From the NCBI GenBank assembly GCA_034530615.2, contig JAVRCV020000052.1, forward strand, positions 224,001 to 288,000: a DNA stretch of 64,000 nt, in the 5' to 3' direction. Made by a program: the position numbers and the translations under genes. Positions 17,727-29,175 of this stretch are shown here, one piece after another. How positions within the stretch are numbered: position 1 is the stretch's first letter; each line of letters starts with the position of its first letter. This DNA comes from Aulosira sp. ZfuVER01 (GTDB lineage Bacteria; Cyanobacteriota; Cyanobacteriia; Cyanobacteriales; Nostocaceae). The notes under the pieces are model-generated. The model was not told the origin of the DNA. It did not search any database and saw only the letters and a program-made list of their open reading frames with translations.

Positions 17727-19061
17727 CTATAAATCTGTTAGCAACCTTGCTTTTCTTAACATAAATGTCAATACTGTTTCTTGTTGGGCAATAATTTCAG
17801 CCGTTACTTCCATCCCAGATTGAATAGCATAGGATTGATTGCTTTTGCTCAGATTGAGTTGATCGGGCTGGATGATTACCTCATAGTAAGGTACAGATGC
17901 GAGATTGCTATTAGTTTGAGGCGTAATTGCATCAGATGTAATACCTCTGACAGCACCATTTAGCGTACCGTAATCTGGGTAAGGATAGGCAGAAATCCGC
18001 ATAATGACTCTACCCTCTGTACATTGCTTTACTTGGATGGCTTTACATAGCCGCACTTTACTAATATCAGCAGCAACTACACGAGCTTTAACAACTAAAG
18101 GCGCTTGATTGGGGGAAATTTGCGCGATCGCATCTCCAGCGCGTACCACTTGTCCAGGATTTCGGATTTCTAGTTTCAGGATAGTACCTGTGTCTGAGGC
18201 TCGAATGATAGTTTTTTGTAGGTCTGTTGAGACTTGTTTGAATTCTGTTTGAGCAGTGTTGATTTGGTTTTGAATTTCAACGTGGCGACGGATTAGTTCT
18301 TCTTGTTCTTTCTTCAAAATCGCCAGGGTAGATTCACCCTTGGCTTTTTCTTGAGCAATTCGTTCACTTGCGATCGCTACTGTTGCATTACTAGGGTTAA
18401 GTCCAGCTTTGGCACGTTGGAGTCTAGCCAATGACGCTTTAAACGCCTGTTCTTTCTCCTTAATTTGCAGAGTGGCGATCGCTCCTGTATTCCCCAGTTG
18501 CTGATAGCGCTTCATTTCTTCCTTAGCCAATTCTAGAGCGGCTTCCGCTTCTTGCACTTGTGTCTGAGTAGCGATCTGTTGGTCTTGATAATCCCGTTGG
18601 TTGCGACTTAAGTCAGCTTCAGCAGAGGCGATCGCTCGTTGTATAGAATTAGATTCAGCAGTGATTTGAGTTTTTAAGGCCTTGATTTGGGCAACAATTT
18701 GTGCTAACTGTAAATTATTCTGGTGAATCGTGCCTAAAATTTGGCTTTTTTTGGTTTCCAGTTGAGTAGAGTCAATGTAGGCGATCGCATCCCCCTGATT
18801 GACTACCTGATTTTCTTTCACCAAAATACTTTTGACAATTCCTTCACTAGTTGATTGCACTAAGCGGACATCACCAGTCGGACGGACTGTGGCAGATGCG
18901 GTAACGGTGACATTGTACTGAGTCACCCCAGCCAAAATCAAAGCTACACCTACAGTTCCAATGAGGAATAAACCCCCTAATGTTGTCCAAAGACTAATTG
19001 GTGGCAGAAATTGGTCACTGCTGATTGGGCGAATCAAGTCGGGACTGGGGTCGCTATGCAT
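17727..19061 (-). CDS. HlyD-family membrane fusion protein, copy 2
   Basis: Probable start MHSDPSPDL at 19061 gives 444 aa, the same length as copy 1; shared blocks such as QLGNTGAIATLQIKEKEQAFKA and MRISAYPYPDYGT. Confidence 0.92.
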   Translation of the reverse strand: MHSDPSPDLIRPISSDQFLPPISLWTTLGGLFLIGTVGVALILAGVTQYNVTVTASATVRPTGDVRLVQSTSEGIVKSILVKENQVVNQGDAIAYIDSTQLETKKSQILGTIHQNNLQLAQIVAQIKALKTQITAESNSIQRAIASAEADLSRNQRDYQDQQIATQTQVQEAEAALELAKEEMKRYQQLGNTGAIATLQIKEKEQAFKASLARLQRAKAGLNPSNATVAIASERIAQEKAKGESTLAILKKEQEELIRRHVEIQNQINTAQTEFKQVSTDLQKTIIRASDTGTILKLEIRNPGQVVRAGDAIAQISPNQAPLVVKARVVAADISKVRLCKAIQVKQCTEGRVIMRISAYPYPDYGTLNGAVRGITSDAITPQTNSNLASVPYYEVIIQPDQLNLSKSNQSYAIQSGMEVTAEIIAQQETVLTFMLRKARLLTDL

Positions 19062-19217
19062 GAGCGCGAGAATAAGTAAGCAGCATATCAATTTACACAC
19101 AATAAATCCTGTATAGTCAATGGAAATACTACGGGGTTTTTTGTGGCTGCCTTAATTTCACTCTAACCTTCAGCAGCTAGGGCTTGCTCGACTGTTAATT
19201 TTATACTTGAGGTGTTG

Positions 19218-19655
19218 TCATGTCATGAATTCATTTGGCTTCACCACTAACACTGAACAACCAGCCTCTTCTACCACTTGACTACTAACAGAACCCTGGA
19301 CAATTCGCTTCATTCCAGTTAAACCGCGACTGCCAATGACGATCAAGTCAGCTTTGTAAATATTGGCAAGGCGAATAATCTCGTCCGCTGGATCGCCAGT
19401 TACTAGTTCTAATTCACTGTTTACAGATAAACTTTCTTGGTAAGATTGCAGCTGTTTTTCAATATGGAAATAAGAAAATGTTGGTGACTCTGAATGAGGC
19501 CGATCGGCAGGTAGTTCCATCTCTGAATCAGGGGTGGGAAACACATGGCAGAGAATAACTTTGCTGTCTTGTGACAAAACAAATTCGTTTAAACTCTGAA
19601 TTACTCGTTCTGCAATTTCCGAACCGTCCAGAGCTACCAAAATAGTTTTTAGCAC
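19218..19655 (-). CDS. Universal stress protein
   Basis: Probable GTG start at 19655 after GAGGAG; KTILVALDGS, GDPADEI, ADLIVIGSRG, GSVS, SVLVVK. Confidence 0.92.
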   Translation of the reverse strand: MLKTILVALDGSEIAERVIQSLNEFVLSQDSKVILCHVFPTPDSEMELPADRPHSESPTFSYFHIEKQLQSYQESLSVNSELELVTGDPADEIIRLANIYKADLIVIGSRGLTGMKRIVQGSVSSQVVEEAGCSVLVVKPNEFMT

Positions 19656-19836
19656 CGCTCTCGTCTCCTCAAGAGTAGACCTCTTAAATAAATACCTGGT
19701 AAAGTTTATCGGTAAATACACCAATAATTTTCCAGATGTAAACCGAGTTTATGTAGTACTCAATTTTCCAAACTTCTAGTTTGAAGGCATTAAGTAACTT
19801 TTACCAAAAGTATAAGCAAAAATTCAGATTTCTCAA

Positions 19837-21138
19837 TCACTCCTCATGCTGAATTCGCCGTCGTACTGAATCGGCATGAGAGGGTAGACCTTCTACTGCT
19901 GCTAGTATGTCAATTGTACCAGCCACCTTTTGCAGCGCTGTTTGCGAGTATTGGATAATACTAGAGTGTTTGAGGAAAGTTTCCACACCCAATCCTGAAG
20001 CGTAACGGGCAGCCCCAGAAGTTGGCAAGGTATGATTTGGGCCTGCCAAATAGTGTCCTACCGCTTCTGGTGTTGAGTCGCCTAAGAAAATAGCTCCAGC
20101 ATGGCGAATTTTTGGCAGTAGTTCCCAAGGATCTTGAACTTCTAATTCCAAGTGTTGGGGCGCAAACTCATTCGTGAGTTCTGCTGCAGCTTCTAAAGAT
20201 TCCACAATTACGATCAAGCCATAGTGAGCGATCGCTTTTTCTGTATCTATTCTTCGGGGATGATCTACCAGTTGCCTTTCCACGGCTACTTGTACGTTTT
20301 TTGCCAAAGCCGCATCCGTAGTCAACAAAATCGCCGCCGCCATTGGATCGTGTTCCGCTGGTGCCAATAAGTCAGCCGCAACATATACGGGATTTGCGGT
20401 TTCATCAGCAATAATTAGCACCTCACTTGGCCCTGCCAAACAATCAATGCCGACGCTGCCGTAGACGAGTTTTTTTGCCAGGGTGACATAAATATTACCC
20501 GGGCCCGCAATCACGTTTACCTTCGGAATTGTTTCTGTACCATAGGCTAAAGCCGCGATCGCCTGTGCGCCGCCAACGCGATAAATTTCTTGAATTCCAG
20601 CTTCTTGGGCAGCTACCAATACAGCAGGATGAATTGCTTTTCCTACTCCTGGCGGTGTGACCATTACCACCTGAGGTACGCCAGCTACCTTGGCTGGAAT
20701 TGCATTCATTATTACCGTGCTAGGATAAACAACGCGACCACCAGGCACATATAAACCTGCACGATCCACCGGAGTGTAGCGTTTGCCCAGCACTACATTA
20801 TCATCGCCAAACTGTACCCAGCTTTTTGGTACTCGCTGACTGTGAAACGCTTCAATTTGTTGGCAAGCCCGCCGAATCGCCGCCAACAAATCTTTGGACA
20901 CTTGTTGGTAAGCTGCATCTAGTTCTGAGCCTGTAACACGCAGTTCCTCTGGCTTGAGAGTTTGGTTGTCAAATTCCGCTGTATAATGCAATACAGCTTT
21001 GTTACCTTGGCGCTTCACCGCTTGTAACACTTCTCGCACCGTTGCCTCTTTGTGAAGCACCTGTTCGTCATGGGTGCGATCGCAGATGCGTTGTAGTTCT
21101 GCTCTAACGTCTGCCTGCTGAGTAATAATTCGCAGCAT
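19837..21138 (-). CDS. hisD: Histidinol dehydrogenase homolog with substituted active-site residues
   Basis: GLYVPGG, GGAQAIAALAYGTETIPKV, GPGNIYV, AGPSEVL, AGPNHTLPT; but LAPAEHD, APQHLEL and VGHY replace the usual QAEH, PEHL and GDY. Confidence 0.9.
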   Translation of the reverse strand: MLRIITQQADVRAELQRICDRTHDEQVLHKEATVREVLQAVKRQGNKAVLHYTAEFDNQTLKPEELRVTGSELDAAYQQVSKDLLAAIRRACQQIEAFHSQRVPKSWVQFGDDNVVLGKRYTPVDRAGLYVPGGRVVYPSTVIMNAIPAKVAGVPQVVMVTPPGVGKAIHPAVLVAAQEAGIQEIYRVGGAQAIAALAYGTETIPKVNVIAGPGNIYVTLAKKLVYGSVGIDCLAGPSEVLIIADETANPVYVAADLLAPAEHDPMAAAILLTTDAALAKNVQVAVERQLVDHPRRIDTEKAIAHYGLIVIVESLEAAAELTNEFAPQHLELEVQDPWELLPKIRHAGAIFLGDSTPEAVGHYLAGPNHTLPTSGAARYASGLGVETFLKHSSIIQYSQTALQKVAGTIDILAAVEGLPSHADSVRRRIQHEE

Positions 21139-21872
21139 GGAGTAAGCACAATGCCAAAATATTAGAATATTCCCGCCTGAGAATCAGTCTTGCTCTTTCC
21201 CAAAAGAGGTGCCAAGCTTACTCTAATTCTCTTCTCTAGCTTAACCTGGATTTTTTTGATACTTCCAAGGTTCTAACATCTGAGTTGCTAGAAAAGGCGA
21301 CTTAATTGCTCAGACTGACAAGCCAAGCCTTGGCTTGTAGCAGGGAGTAGGCGTGCCAATTCCCACTACCCTTTTACCCCATCCATCAATGCCCAACATC
21401 ATGGAAGCGTGTTTACACACTGACTGTCCTGAATCGACAATGAGTGAGGGTCTGAGTATAATTTTTACCTAGTTTTCCTAATTTAATAGCTAAAATTTAC
21501 AGAGACTCGATATGTCTGATTTGGTGATTTAAGCTTTGAAATTTAGCTGTTTTACAGTTTTTGCCTCCGACAATATATCCTCTGAGGAAGAAAGACTACA
21601 TTGGCAGCCTTACTACTAAATCATCTACTGGTGAGCTAGGATAATTATCATTTATGGGAGTAAATTATATTAACCCATTTCTCAAGTCAGCAGCACACCT
21701 ACTACCACTTGATTGGAACGGACTATCTTGCCATTTTCTCCTGACATTTGCTTAGATCCCTAGAAAACTGAGAAGTGATATTTTTTCGGAAATCTTAACA
21801 TTGGCAATATGGATGCTATATTAGTAAATCTAGTAGTGTGTGTACATATTAATAGTCTTTTTGGAACTGACT

Positions 21873-22169
21873 GTGGCGAATACAAAGTCTGCTCTTAAGC
21901 GCGCCGAAATCGCAGAACGCAATCGACTGCGTAATAAAGCATATAAATCAGCTGTCAAGACGCTGATGAAGAAGTACGTGAATGCAGTAGAAGTCTATGC
22001 TGCTAATCCCACTCCTGAATTAAATCAACAAGTACAGGAGCGATTAGCCGAGGCTTACAGCAAAATTGATAAAGCCGTAAAGCGAGGTGTGCTTCACCCC
22101 AACAATGGGGCTAGGAAAAAGTCAAGATTGGCTCATAAACTCAAACCACTTACACAAACAGCAAAGTAG
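21873..22169 (+). CDS. rpsT: 30S ribosomal protein S20
   Basis: GTG start then ANTKSALKR...[11 protein letters not shown]...[22 protein letters not shown]. Confidence 0.97.
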   Translation: MANTKSALKRAEIAERNRLRNKAYKSAVKTLMKKYVNAVEVYAANPTPELNQQVQERLAEAYSKIDKAVKRGVLHPNNGARKKSRLAHKLKPLTQTAK

Positions 22170-22177
22170 TCCAAAAT

Positions 22178-22228
22178 CATTCAGTCATTAGTGTTGTGCT
22201 AATGACTAATGACTAACGACTAACGACT
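22178..22228. repeat. Heptamer STRR (taatgac/taacgac) in inverted arrangement
   Basis: gtcattag...ctaatgac taatgac taacgac taacgac. Confidence 0.75.
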
Positions 22229-22238
22229 CTTAACCAAG

Positions 22239-23024
22239 ATGCAGCTAATTGACACCCACGTTCACATCAACTTTGACGTTTTCCAGCCAGATTTAGCAGC
22301 AGTGCGATCGCGATGGCAAGAAGCAGGTGTAGTGCATTTAATACATTCCTGTGTCGAACCATCAGAATTTTCCAGTATCCAAGCCATAGCGCACGAGTTT
22401 CCCGAACTCAGCTTTGCTGTTGGGTTACATCCCTTAGATGCAAAACAATGGAACGCTCAAACAGCCGATGAAATCTCAACATTGGCTAGTTCTGACGCGA
22501 AAGTAGTAGCAATGGGCGAAATGGGGCTGGATTTGCACAAAGCAAATAACTATGAGCAACAGCGCATGGTATTTGAGGCGCAACTAGCAATTGCCAGTGA
22601 ACTTAACTTACCTGTAATTATCCACTGCCGTGAGGCAGCACCCCAGGTAAGAGATGTGTTGCAAAAATGGCGAGAACAAAAAGGAGAAAGCGTTCGGGGT
22701 GTAATGCATTGTTGGGGTGGAACGCCAGAAGAAGCTCAATGGTTCATTGACTTAGGTTTTTACATTAGTTTTAGTGGGACAGTTACCTTCAAAAATGCCA
22801 AGCAGATTCAATCTACCGCTTCTATGGTGCCGAGCGATCGCTTGCTAATTGAAACAGACTGTCCTTTTCTCGCTCCCGTTCCTAAACGAGGCACAGGGAG
22901 AAATGAACCCGCCTACGTCCGTTATGTAGCAGACAGCATAGCCCAACTGCGAGGGGAAACAGTAGAGGCGATCGCCAATCAAACCACCCAAAATGCTTGT
23001 GAATTATTTGGTCTTGTACTATAG
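22239..23024 (+). CDS. tatD: TatD family hydrolase/DNase
   Basis: IDTHVH, GLHP, GEMGLD, IHCR, MHCW, ETDCPFL. Confidence 0.93.
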   Translation: MQLIDTHVHINFDVFQPDLAAVRSRWQEAGVVHLIHSCVEPSEFSSIQAIAHEFPELSFAVGLHPLDAKQWNAQTADEISTLASSDAKVVAMGEMGLDLHKANNYEQQRMVFEAQLAIASELNLPVIIHCREAAPQVRDVLQKWREQKGESVRGVMHCWGGTPEEAQWFIDLGFYISFSGTVTFKNAKQIQSTASMVPSDRLLIETDCPFLAPVPKRGTGRNEPAYVRYVADSIAQLRGETVEAIANQTTQNACELFGLVL

Positions 23025-23824
23025 AGCCTATCTGTAAGTAGAATTGACCGAGTAAAAATAAATAAATACCTCAGAGGACGGAAATATGCTAAAATTATTT
23101 CCTCCAAAACATTTTGCTTGCGCCATAATGATAAAGGAAGGAAATTAAAACTCCTAAAATTGATTTTGCACTGTTATCAACTTGACCATCAGTACCCTGA
23201 AACAGCCATCCTGCGGTTATCTAGGCTCCTTCTGTGCAAGGGTTGACCATCCTCCGATCTCTACAAGCGGATGCAATCAGGCGATCGCTAAGCCTGACAA
23301 TCGTAGGTTGAGCTAAACATTTTCAGAAAATTACCTTTTCCGTATTTAACCTATAGAAAACTGTTAAATGTAATTGCCTTGTGAGTATAACCCAGCAAGA
23401 TAAAGCCATACGAATTCAGAGTTGGTTACAAGCCACTCATTTCCTTAGTTTTAGGATATCACCGTGAGTCTAAATATAGAGGGGTATTAAAGACACAACA
23501 GTAGAAAGCTGCGGAGGCTAATTAACGCGCTTGTGGGAGGGGAAGTGACAAAAGCCAATTTAATTCCAGACTATCTCAACCATCTGCTTTTGAGCAATCA
23601 ACTTAGTAGCTGGTTATTAGTTATAATTGTCACTCCATGAGGGGTGCTTTCCCCCTTGTCAGGATAGCGCTTTCCAGCTTTAATTTCTGCGTTTGCCCAC
23701 ACCTGTAAATCGCAGGTGGTGTTAAGGAGAAGTTCCCCAACAGCTACGGACACTGGCTAGCGGTGGGAACCGTGAAAAAGCAGTGTCCAATGGTAAGTTT
23801 AACCAGGTTGACAAAGGTAGAGGC

Positions 23825-26800
23825 ATGACAAACGAAACATATATGGAACCCGCCTTTCTATTGCCCGACTTGATTGAAATCCAGCGTTCAAGCTTCCGTT
23901 GGTTTTTAGAAGAAGGGCTAATAGAAGAACTTAACTCCTTTAGTCCAATTACAGACTACACTGGCAAACTAGAGCTGCACTTTTTAGGTCAAAACTACAA
24001 ACTCAAAGAACCAAAGTACAGTGTCGAAGAAGCCAAACGGCGGGATAGTACTTACGCCGTACAAATGTATGTCCCCACCCGACTACTCAACAAAGAAACT
24101 GGGGATATTAAAGAACAAGAAGTTTTTATTGGCGATTTGCCCTTAATGACCGATCGCGGCACCTTTATTATTAACGGAGCCGAGCGGGTAATCGTCAACC
24201 AAATCGTGCGATCCCCTGGAGTATATTACAAATCTGAAATTGACAAAAACGGTCGACGCACCTACTCAGCTAGCTTAATTCCCAACCGGGGGGCATGGCT
24301 GAAATTTGAAACAGACCGTAATGATTTGGTGTGGGTACGCATTGATAAAACCCGCAAACTCTCAGCTCAGGTACTACTAAAAGCTCTGGGTTTATCAGAT
24401 AACGAAATATTTGATGCTTTACGCCACCCTGAGTACTTCCAAAAAACCATCGAAAAAGAAGGGCAATTTTCCGAAGAAGAAGCCCTGATGGAGTTATATC
24501 GCAAACTGCGTCCAGGTGAACCACCAACAGTATTAGGTGGACAACAGCTATTAGACTCCCGATTCTTCGATCCCAAACGTTACGATTTGGGGCGTGTGGG
24601 ACGGTACAAGCTCAACAAAAAACTACGGCTGTCTGTACCCGACACCATGCGCGTCTTGACTCCCGGCGATATCTTGGCAGCAGTAGACTACCTGATTAAC
24701 CTGGAATATGACATCGGTAATATTGATGACATCGACCATTTAGGAAATCGCCGCGTGCGAAGTGTCGGTGAACTACTGCAAAACCAAGTGCGGGTAGGCT
24801 TAAACCGCTTAGAAAGAATCATTCGGGAACGGATGACCGTATCCGACGCGGAAGTTCTGACCCCAGCTTCCCTAGTCAACCCCAAACCGCTAGTAGCTGC
24901 AATTAAAGAATTCTTTGGCTCCAGCCAATTAAGTCAGTTCATGGATCAAACCAATCCTCTAGCAGAACTGACCCACAAACGCCGCCTCTCTGCCCTTGGC
25001 CCTGGTGGTTTAACTAGAGAACGGGCTGGCTTTGCTGTTCGGGATATTCACCCCAGTCACTACGGACGGATTTGCCCCATTGAAACCCCAGAAGGCCCCA
25101 ACGCTGGTTTGATTGGCTCCTTAGCAACTCATGCGCGGGTAAACCAATACGGCTTTTTAGAAACACCATTCAGACCAGTGGAAAACGCCAAGGTGAGGTT
25201 TGATCTGCCGCCAGTGTACATGACCGCTGATGAAGAAGACGATTTGCGAGTCGCTCCTGGGGATATACCCGTTGATGAAAATGGACTGATCATTGGACCT
25301 CAAGTACCAGTACGCTATCGCCAGGAATTCTCCACCACCACCCCAGAGCAAGTGGACTACGTAGCTGTATCTCCCGTACAGATTGTATCGGTAGCTACGA
25401 GTATGATTCCCTTCCTGGAGCATGACGACGCTAACCGGGCACTGATGGGTTCAAACATGCAACGACAAGCAGTACCCCTGCTCAAACCTGAGCGTCCCTT
25501 AGTGGGAACTGGCTTAGAAGCCCAAGGTGCAAGAGACTCCGGGATGGTAATCGTATCCCGCACCGATGGCGATGTAGTTTATGTTGATGCCACAGAAATC
25601 CGTGTAAGAGTCAAGAATTCAAATTCAGAAATTAAGTACACTCTTTCCAAATACCAGCGTTCCAACCAAGACACCTGCCTCAACCAAAAACCCTTGGTGC
25701 GTATAGGTGAGCGTGTTGTTGCTGGTCAGGTATTAGCTGATGGCTCCTCCACAGAAGGTGGAGAATTAGCCCTTGGCCAAAATATCGTCGTCGCGTATAT
25801 GCCTTGGGAAGGCTACAACTACGAAGATGCAATTTTGATTTCCGAAAGATTAGTACAGGATGATGTCTACACCTCAATTCACATTGAAAAATATGAAATT
25901 GAGGCCAGACAAACAAAACTCGGACCAGAAGAAATTACGCGAGAAATACCCAACGTTGGGGAAGATGCTCTGCGTCAGCTAGATGAACAAGGAATCATTC
26001 GTATTGGGGCATGGGTAGAAGCCGGAGATATATTGGTTGGAAAAGTGACACCCAAAGGTGAATCTGACCAACCCCCAGAAGAAAAACTGCTGCGGGCGAT
26101 TTTCGGTGAAAAAGCGCGGGATGTGCGTGATAACTCCCTGCGAGTTCCTAACGGTGAAAAAGGTCGTGTCGTAGACGTGCGTCTATTTACCCGCGAACAA
26201 GGGGATGAACTGCCACCAGGAGCCAACATGGTAGTCCGGGTATATGTTGCCCAGAAACGGAAAATCCAAGTTGGCGACAAAATGGCAGGACGACATGGCA
26301 ACAAGGGAATTATTTCCCGCATCTTGCCCTTGGAAGATATGCCTTACTTGCCAGATGGTTCCCCAGTAGATATCGTCCTTAACCCCTTGGGTGTACCCAG
26401 CCGGATGAATGTCGGACAAGTATTTGAATGTCTGTTGGGATGGGCTGGTCAAAACTTGGGTGTGCGATTCAAGATTACTCCCTTTGACGAAATGTACGGG
26501 GAAGAGTCATCCCGCCGGATTGTGCATGGCAAATTGCAAGAAGCACGGGATGAAACCGGCAGAAATTGGGTATACAACCCCGATAACCCTGGCAAAATCA
26601 TGGTGTTTGATGGTCGAACAGGCGAACCCTTTGACCGACCTATCACTGTGGGCGTAGCTTATATGCTGAAGCTGGTGCATTTGGTGGATGATAAAATCCA
26701 CGCCCGGTCTACAGGCCCCTACTCCCTCGTTACCCAGCAACCCTTGGGTGGTAAAGCTCAACAAGGTGGTCAGCGCTTCGGAGAAATGGAAGTGTGGGCA

Positions 26801-27124
26801 TTGGAAGCCTTTGGTGCAGCCTATACCTTGCAGGAATTGCTGACAGTTAAATCTGACGATATGCAGGGACGAAATGAAGCCCTCAACGCGATTGTGAAAG
26901 GTAAGGCCATCCCCAGACCGGGAACACCAGAGTCCTTTAAGGTGTTGATGCGAGAACTGCAATCCCTAGGTTTAGATATTGCTGTCCACAAAGTAGAAAC
27001 CCAAGCAGACGGCAGTTCCTTAGATGTGGAAGTCGATTTGATGGCAGATCAATCAGCCCGTCGCACACCACCTCGACCAACTTATGAATCTCTTTCCCGT
27101 GAATCGCTGGAAGACGACGAGTAA
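23825..27124 (+). CDS. rpoB: RNA polymerase beta subunit
   Basis: Probable ATG at 23825; [48 protein letters not shown]. Confidence 0.99.
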   Translation: MTNETYMEPAFLLPDLIEIQRSSFRWFLEEGLIEELNSFSPITDYTGKLELHFLGQNYKLKEPKYSVEEAKRRDSTYAVQMYVPTRLLNKETGDIKEQEVFIGDLPLMTDRGTFIINGAERVIVNQIVRSPGVYYKSEIDKNGRRTYSASLIPNRGAWLKFETDRNDLVWVRIDKTRKLSAQVLLKALGLSDNEIFDALRHPEYFQKTIEKEGQFSEEEALMELYRKLRPGEPPTVLGGQQLLDSRFFDPKRYDLGRVGRYKLNKKLRLSVPDTMRVLTPGDILAAVDYLINLEYDIGNIDDIDHLGNRRVRSVGELLQNQVRVGLNRLERIIRERMTVSDAEVLTPASLVNPKPLVAAIKEFFGSSQLSQFMDQTNPLAELTHKRRLSALGPGGLTRERAGFAVRDIHPSHYGRICPIETPEGPNAGLIGSLATHARVNQYGFLETPFRPVENAKVRFDLPPVYMTADEEDDLRVAPGDIPVDENGLIIGPQVPVRYRQEFSTTTPEQVDYVAVSPVQIVSVATSMIPFLEHDDANRALMGSNMQRQAVPLLKPERPLVGTGLEAQGARDSGMVIVSRTDGDVVYVDATEIRVRVKNSNSEIKYTLSKYQRSNQDTCLNQKPLVRIGERVVAGQVLADGSSTEGGELALGQNIVVAYMPWEGYNYEDAILISERLVQDDVYTSIHIEKYEIEARQTKLGPEEITREIPNVGEDALRQLDEQGIIRIGAWVEAGDILVGKVTPKGESDQPPEEKLLRAIFGEKARDVRDNSLRVPNGEKGRVVDVRLFTREQGDELPPGANMVVRVYVAQKRKIQVGDKMAGRHGNKGIISRILPLEDMPYLPDGSPVDIVLNPLGVPSRMNVGQVFECLLGWAGQNLGVRFKITPFDEMYGEESSRRIVHGKLQEARDETGRNWVYNPDNPGKIMVFDGRTGEPFDRPITVGVAYMLKLVHLVDDKIHARSTGPYSLVTQQPLGGKAQQGGQRFGEMEVWALEAFGAAYTLQELLTVKSDDMQGRNEALNAIVKGKAIPRPGTPESFKVLMRELQSLGLDIAVHKVETQADGSSLDVEVDLMADQSARRTPPRPTYESLSRESLEDDE

Positions 27125-27135
27125 GGAGTGATGAT

Positions 27136-27232
27136 TGCTGAGTACTGAGTGTTGTTACTCAGTACTCAGCACTTATAACTCTCTCAATTTCAACCTAAAA
27201 ACTAAATATACTCATAACTCAGAACTCAGCAC
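27136..27232. repeat. STRR-type repeats (ctgagta/actcagc) forming a hairpin between rpoB and rpoC1
   Basis: tgctgagtactgagt gttgtt actcagtactcagca, followed by actcat/actcag units. Confidence 0.7.
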
Positions 27233-27238
27233 TTAAGT

Positions 27239-29116
27239 ATGAGAAACGCCCAAACTAATCAGTTTGACTACGTAAAAATCGGCTTGGCATCACCAGAACG
27301 CATTCGGCAATGGGGCGAACGCACTTTGCCTAACGGTCAGGTTGTCGGTGAAGTCACCAAACCAGAGACAATCAATTACCGTACTCTCAAGCCGGAGATG
27401 GACGGCTTATTCTGCGAACGCATTTTTGGCCCAGCGAAAGATTGGGAATGCCATTGCGGTAAATATAAAAGAGTACGTCACAGAGGCATCGTCTGCGAAC
27501 GCTGTGGTGTAGAAGTCACTGAGTCCCGAGTGCGGCGGCACCGTATGGGCTATATTAAACTCGCCGCCCCAGTAGCCCACGTCTGGTATCTCAAAGGAAT
27601 TCCTAGCTATATTTCCATTCTGCTGGATATGCCTTTGCGGGATGTAGAACAAATTGTCTATTTCAACTCTTATGTTGTTCTTAGCCCTGGTAATGCCGAA
27701 ACCTTAACCTACAAACAGCTACTCAGTGAAGATCAGTGGCTGGAAATTGAAGACCAAATTTATAGTGAAGATTCTCAGCTACAGGGTGTAGAAGTAGGTA
27801 TTGGTGCTGAAGCCCTGTTGCACTTGCTCGCTGATATTAATCTAGAGCAAGAAGCCGAAAGCCTGCGAGAAGAAATTGGCAATGCTAAAGGACAAAAGCG
27901 GGCAAAGTTAATCAAACGCCTGCGGGTAATTGACAACTTCATCGCTACTGGTTCTAAACCAGAGTGGATGGTGATGGCTGTCATCCCAGTAATTCCCCCA
28001 GACTTACGCCCAATGGTGCAGCTGGATGGCGGCCGTTTTGCTACCAGCGATTTGAATGATTTATATCGGCGGGTAATTAACCGTAATAACCGTCTGGCAC
28101 GCCTACAAGAAATTTTGGCACCAGAAATTATTGTGCGGAACGAAAAGCGGATGTTGCAAGAAGCAGTAGACGCTTTGATTGACAACGGTCGACGAGGACG
28201 CACCGTAGTTGGGGCAAATAACCGTCCGTTGAAGTCTTTATCCGACATTATTGAAGGTAAGCAAGGACGCTTCCGACAAAACTTGTTGGGTAAACGAGTT
28301 GACTACTCCGGTCGTTCTGTAATTGTGGTGGGACCAAAATTAAATATCCACCAGTGCGGTTTGCCTAGGGAAATGGCAATTGAGTTATTCCAACCCTTTG
28401 TGATCAATCGCTTGATTCGCAGCGGTATGGTCAACAACATCAAAGCCGCGAAAAAACTCATATCTCGCAACGATCCTAGTGTGTGGGATGTACTGGAAGA
28501 AGTGATTGAAGGACACCCAGTACTGCTAAACCGGGCACCAACACTGCACCGCTTAGGGATTCAGGCATTTGAGCCAATTTTAGTTGAAGGTAGAGCCATT
28601 CAACTCCATCCATTAGTCTGTCCGGCATTTAACGCTGACTTTGACGGTGACCAAATGGCGGTACACGTCCCCCTGTCCTTAGAGAGTCAGGCAGAAGCGC
28701 GATTATTGATGCTAGCTTCTAACAATATATTGTCGCCGGCTACCGGCAAACCAATTATCACACCTAGCCAAGACATGGTGTTGGGAGCATATTACTTAAC
28801 CGCAGAAAATCCCGATGCTACCAAAGGGGCAGGACGGTATTTTGCTTCTCTTGACGATGTGATTATGGCTTTCCAGCAAGAGCAAATTGACTTGCACGCC
28901 TATATCTACGTGCGGTTTGACGGCGAAGTAGAATCAGACGGGCCAGATACAGAACCGCTGGAAGTTACCGAAAACAGCGATGGTAGCCGGACTCTACTCT
29001 ATAAGTATCGTCGAGTCAGAGAAGACTCGAAAGGGAATTTGCTGTCTCAGTATGTCCGCACGACCCCAGGCCGCGTTATTTACAACAAGGCAATTCAAGA
29101 AGCACTGGCAAGTTAG
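27239..29116 (+). CDS. rpoC1: RNA polymerase gamma subunit (N-terminal part of beta')
   Basis: Zinc finger CHCGK...CERC; catalytic [12 protein letters not shown]. Confidence 0.99.
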   Translation: MRNAQTNQFDYVKIGLASPERIRQWGERTLPNGQVVGEVTKPETINYRTLKPEMDGLFCERIFGPAKDWECHCGKYKRVRHRGIVCERCGVEVTESRVRRHRMGYIKLAAPVAHVWYLKGIPSYISILLDMPLRDVEQIVYFNSYVVLSPGNAETLTYKQLLSEDQWLEIEDQIYSEDSQLQGVEVGIGAEALLHLLADINLEQEAESLREEIGNAKGQKRAKLIKRLRVIDNFIATGSKPEWMVMAVIPVIPPDLRPMVQLDGGRFATSDLNDLYRRVINRNNRLARLQEILAPEIIVRNEKRMLQEAVDALIDNGRRGRTVVGANNRPLKSLSDIIEGKQGRFRQNLLGKRVDYSGRSVIVVGPKLNIHQCGLPREMAIELFQPFVINRLIRSGMVNNIKAAKKLISRNDPSVWDVLEEVIEGHPVLLNRAPTLHRLGIQAFEPILVEGRAIQLHPLVCPAFNADFDGDQMAVHVPLSLESQAEARLLMLASNNILSPATGKPIITPSQDMVLGAYYLTAENPDATKGAGRYFASLDDVIMAFQQEQIDLHAYIYVRFDGEVESDGPDTEPLEVTENSDGSRTLLYKYRRVREDSKGNLLSQYVRTTPGRVIYNKAIQEALAS

Positions 29117-29140
29117 AAAAGTCATTTGCCAAAAGGATTT

Positions 29141-29175
29141 GACTAAGGACTAAGGACTAAGGACTAAGGACTAAT
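29141..29175 (+). repeat. Heptamer STRR (GACTAAG)x4 running into the rpoC2 start codon
   Basis: Four perfect copies at 29141-29168, then GACTAAT-G containing ATG 29174. Confidence 0.9.

Noticed and set aside
10610..19061. Recent horizontal acquisition from a non-cyanobacterial donor
   Set aside because: HIP1 sites occur throughout (e.g. 13707, 14930, 17592 and many in both hlyD genes), and no integrase, transposase or att sites are visible.
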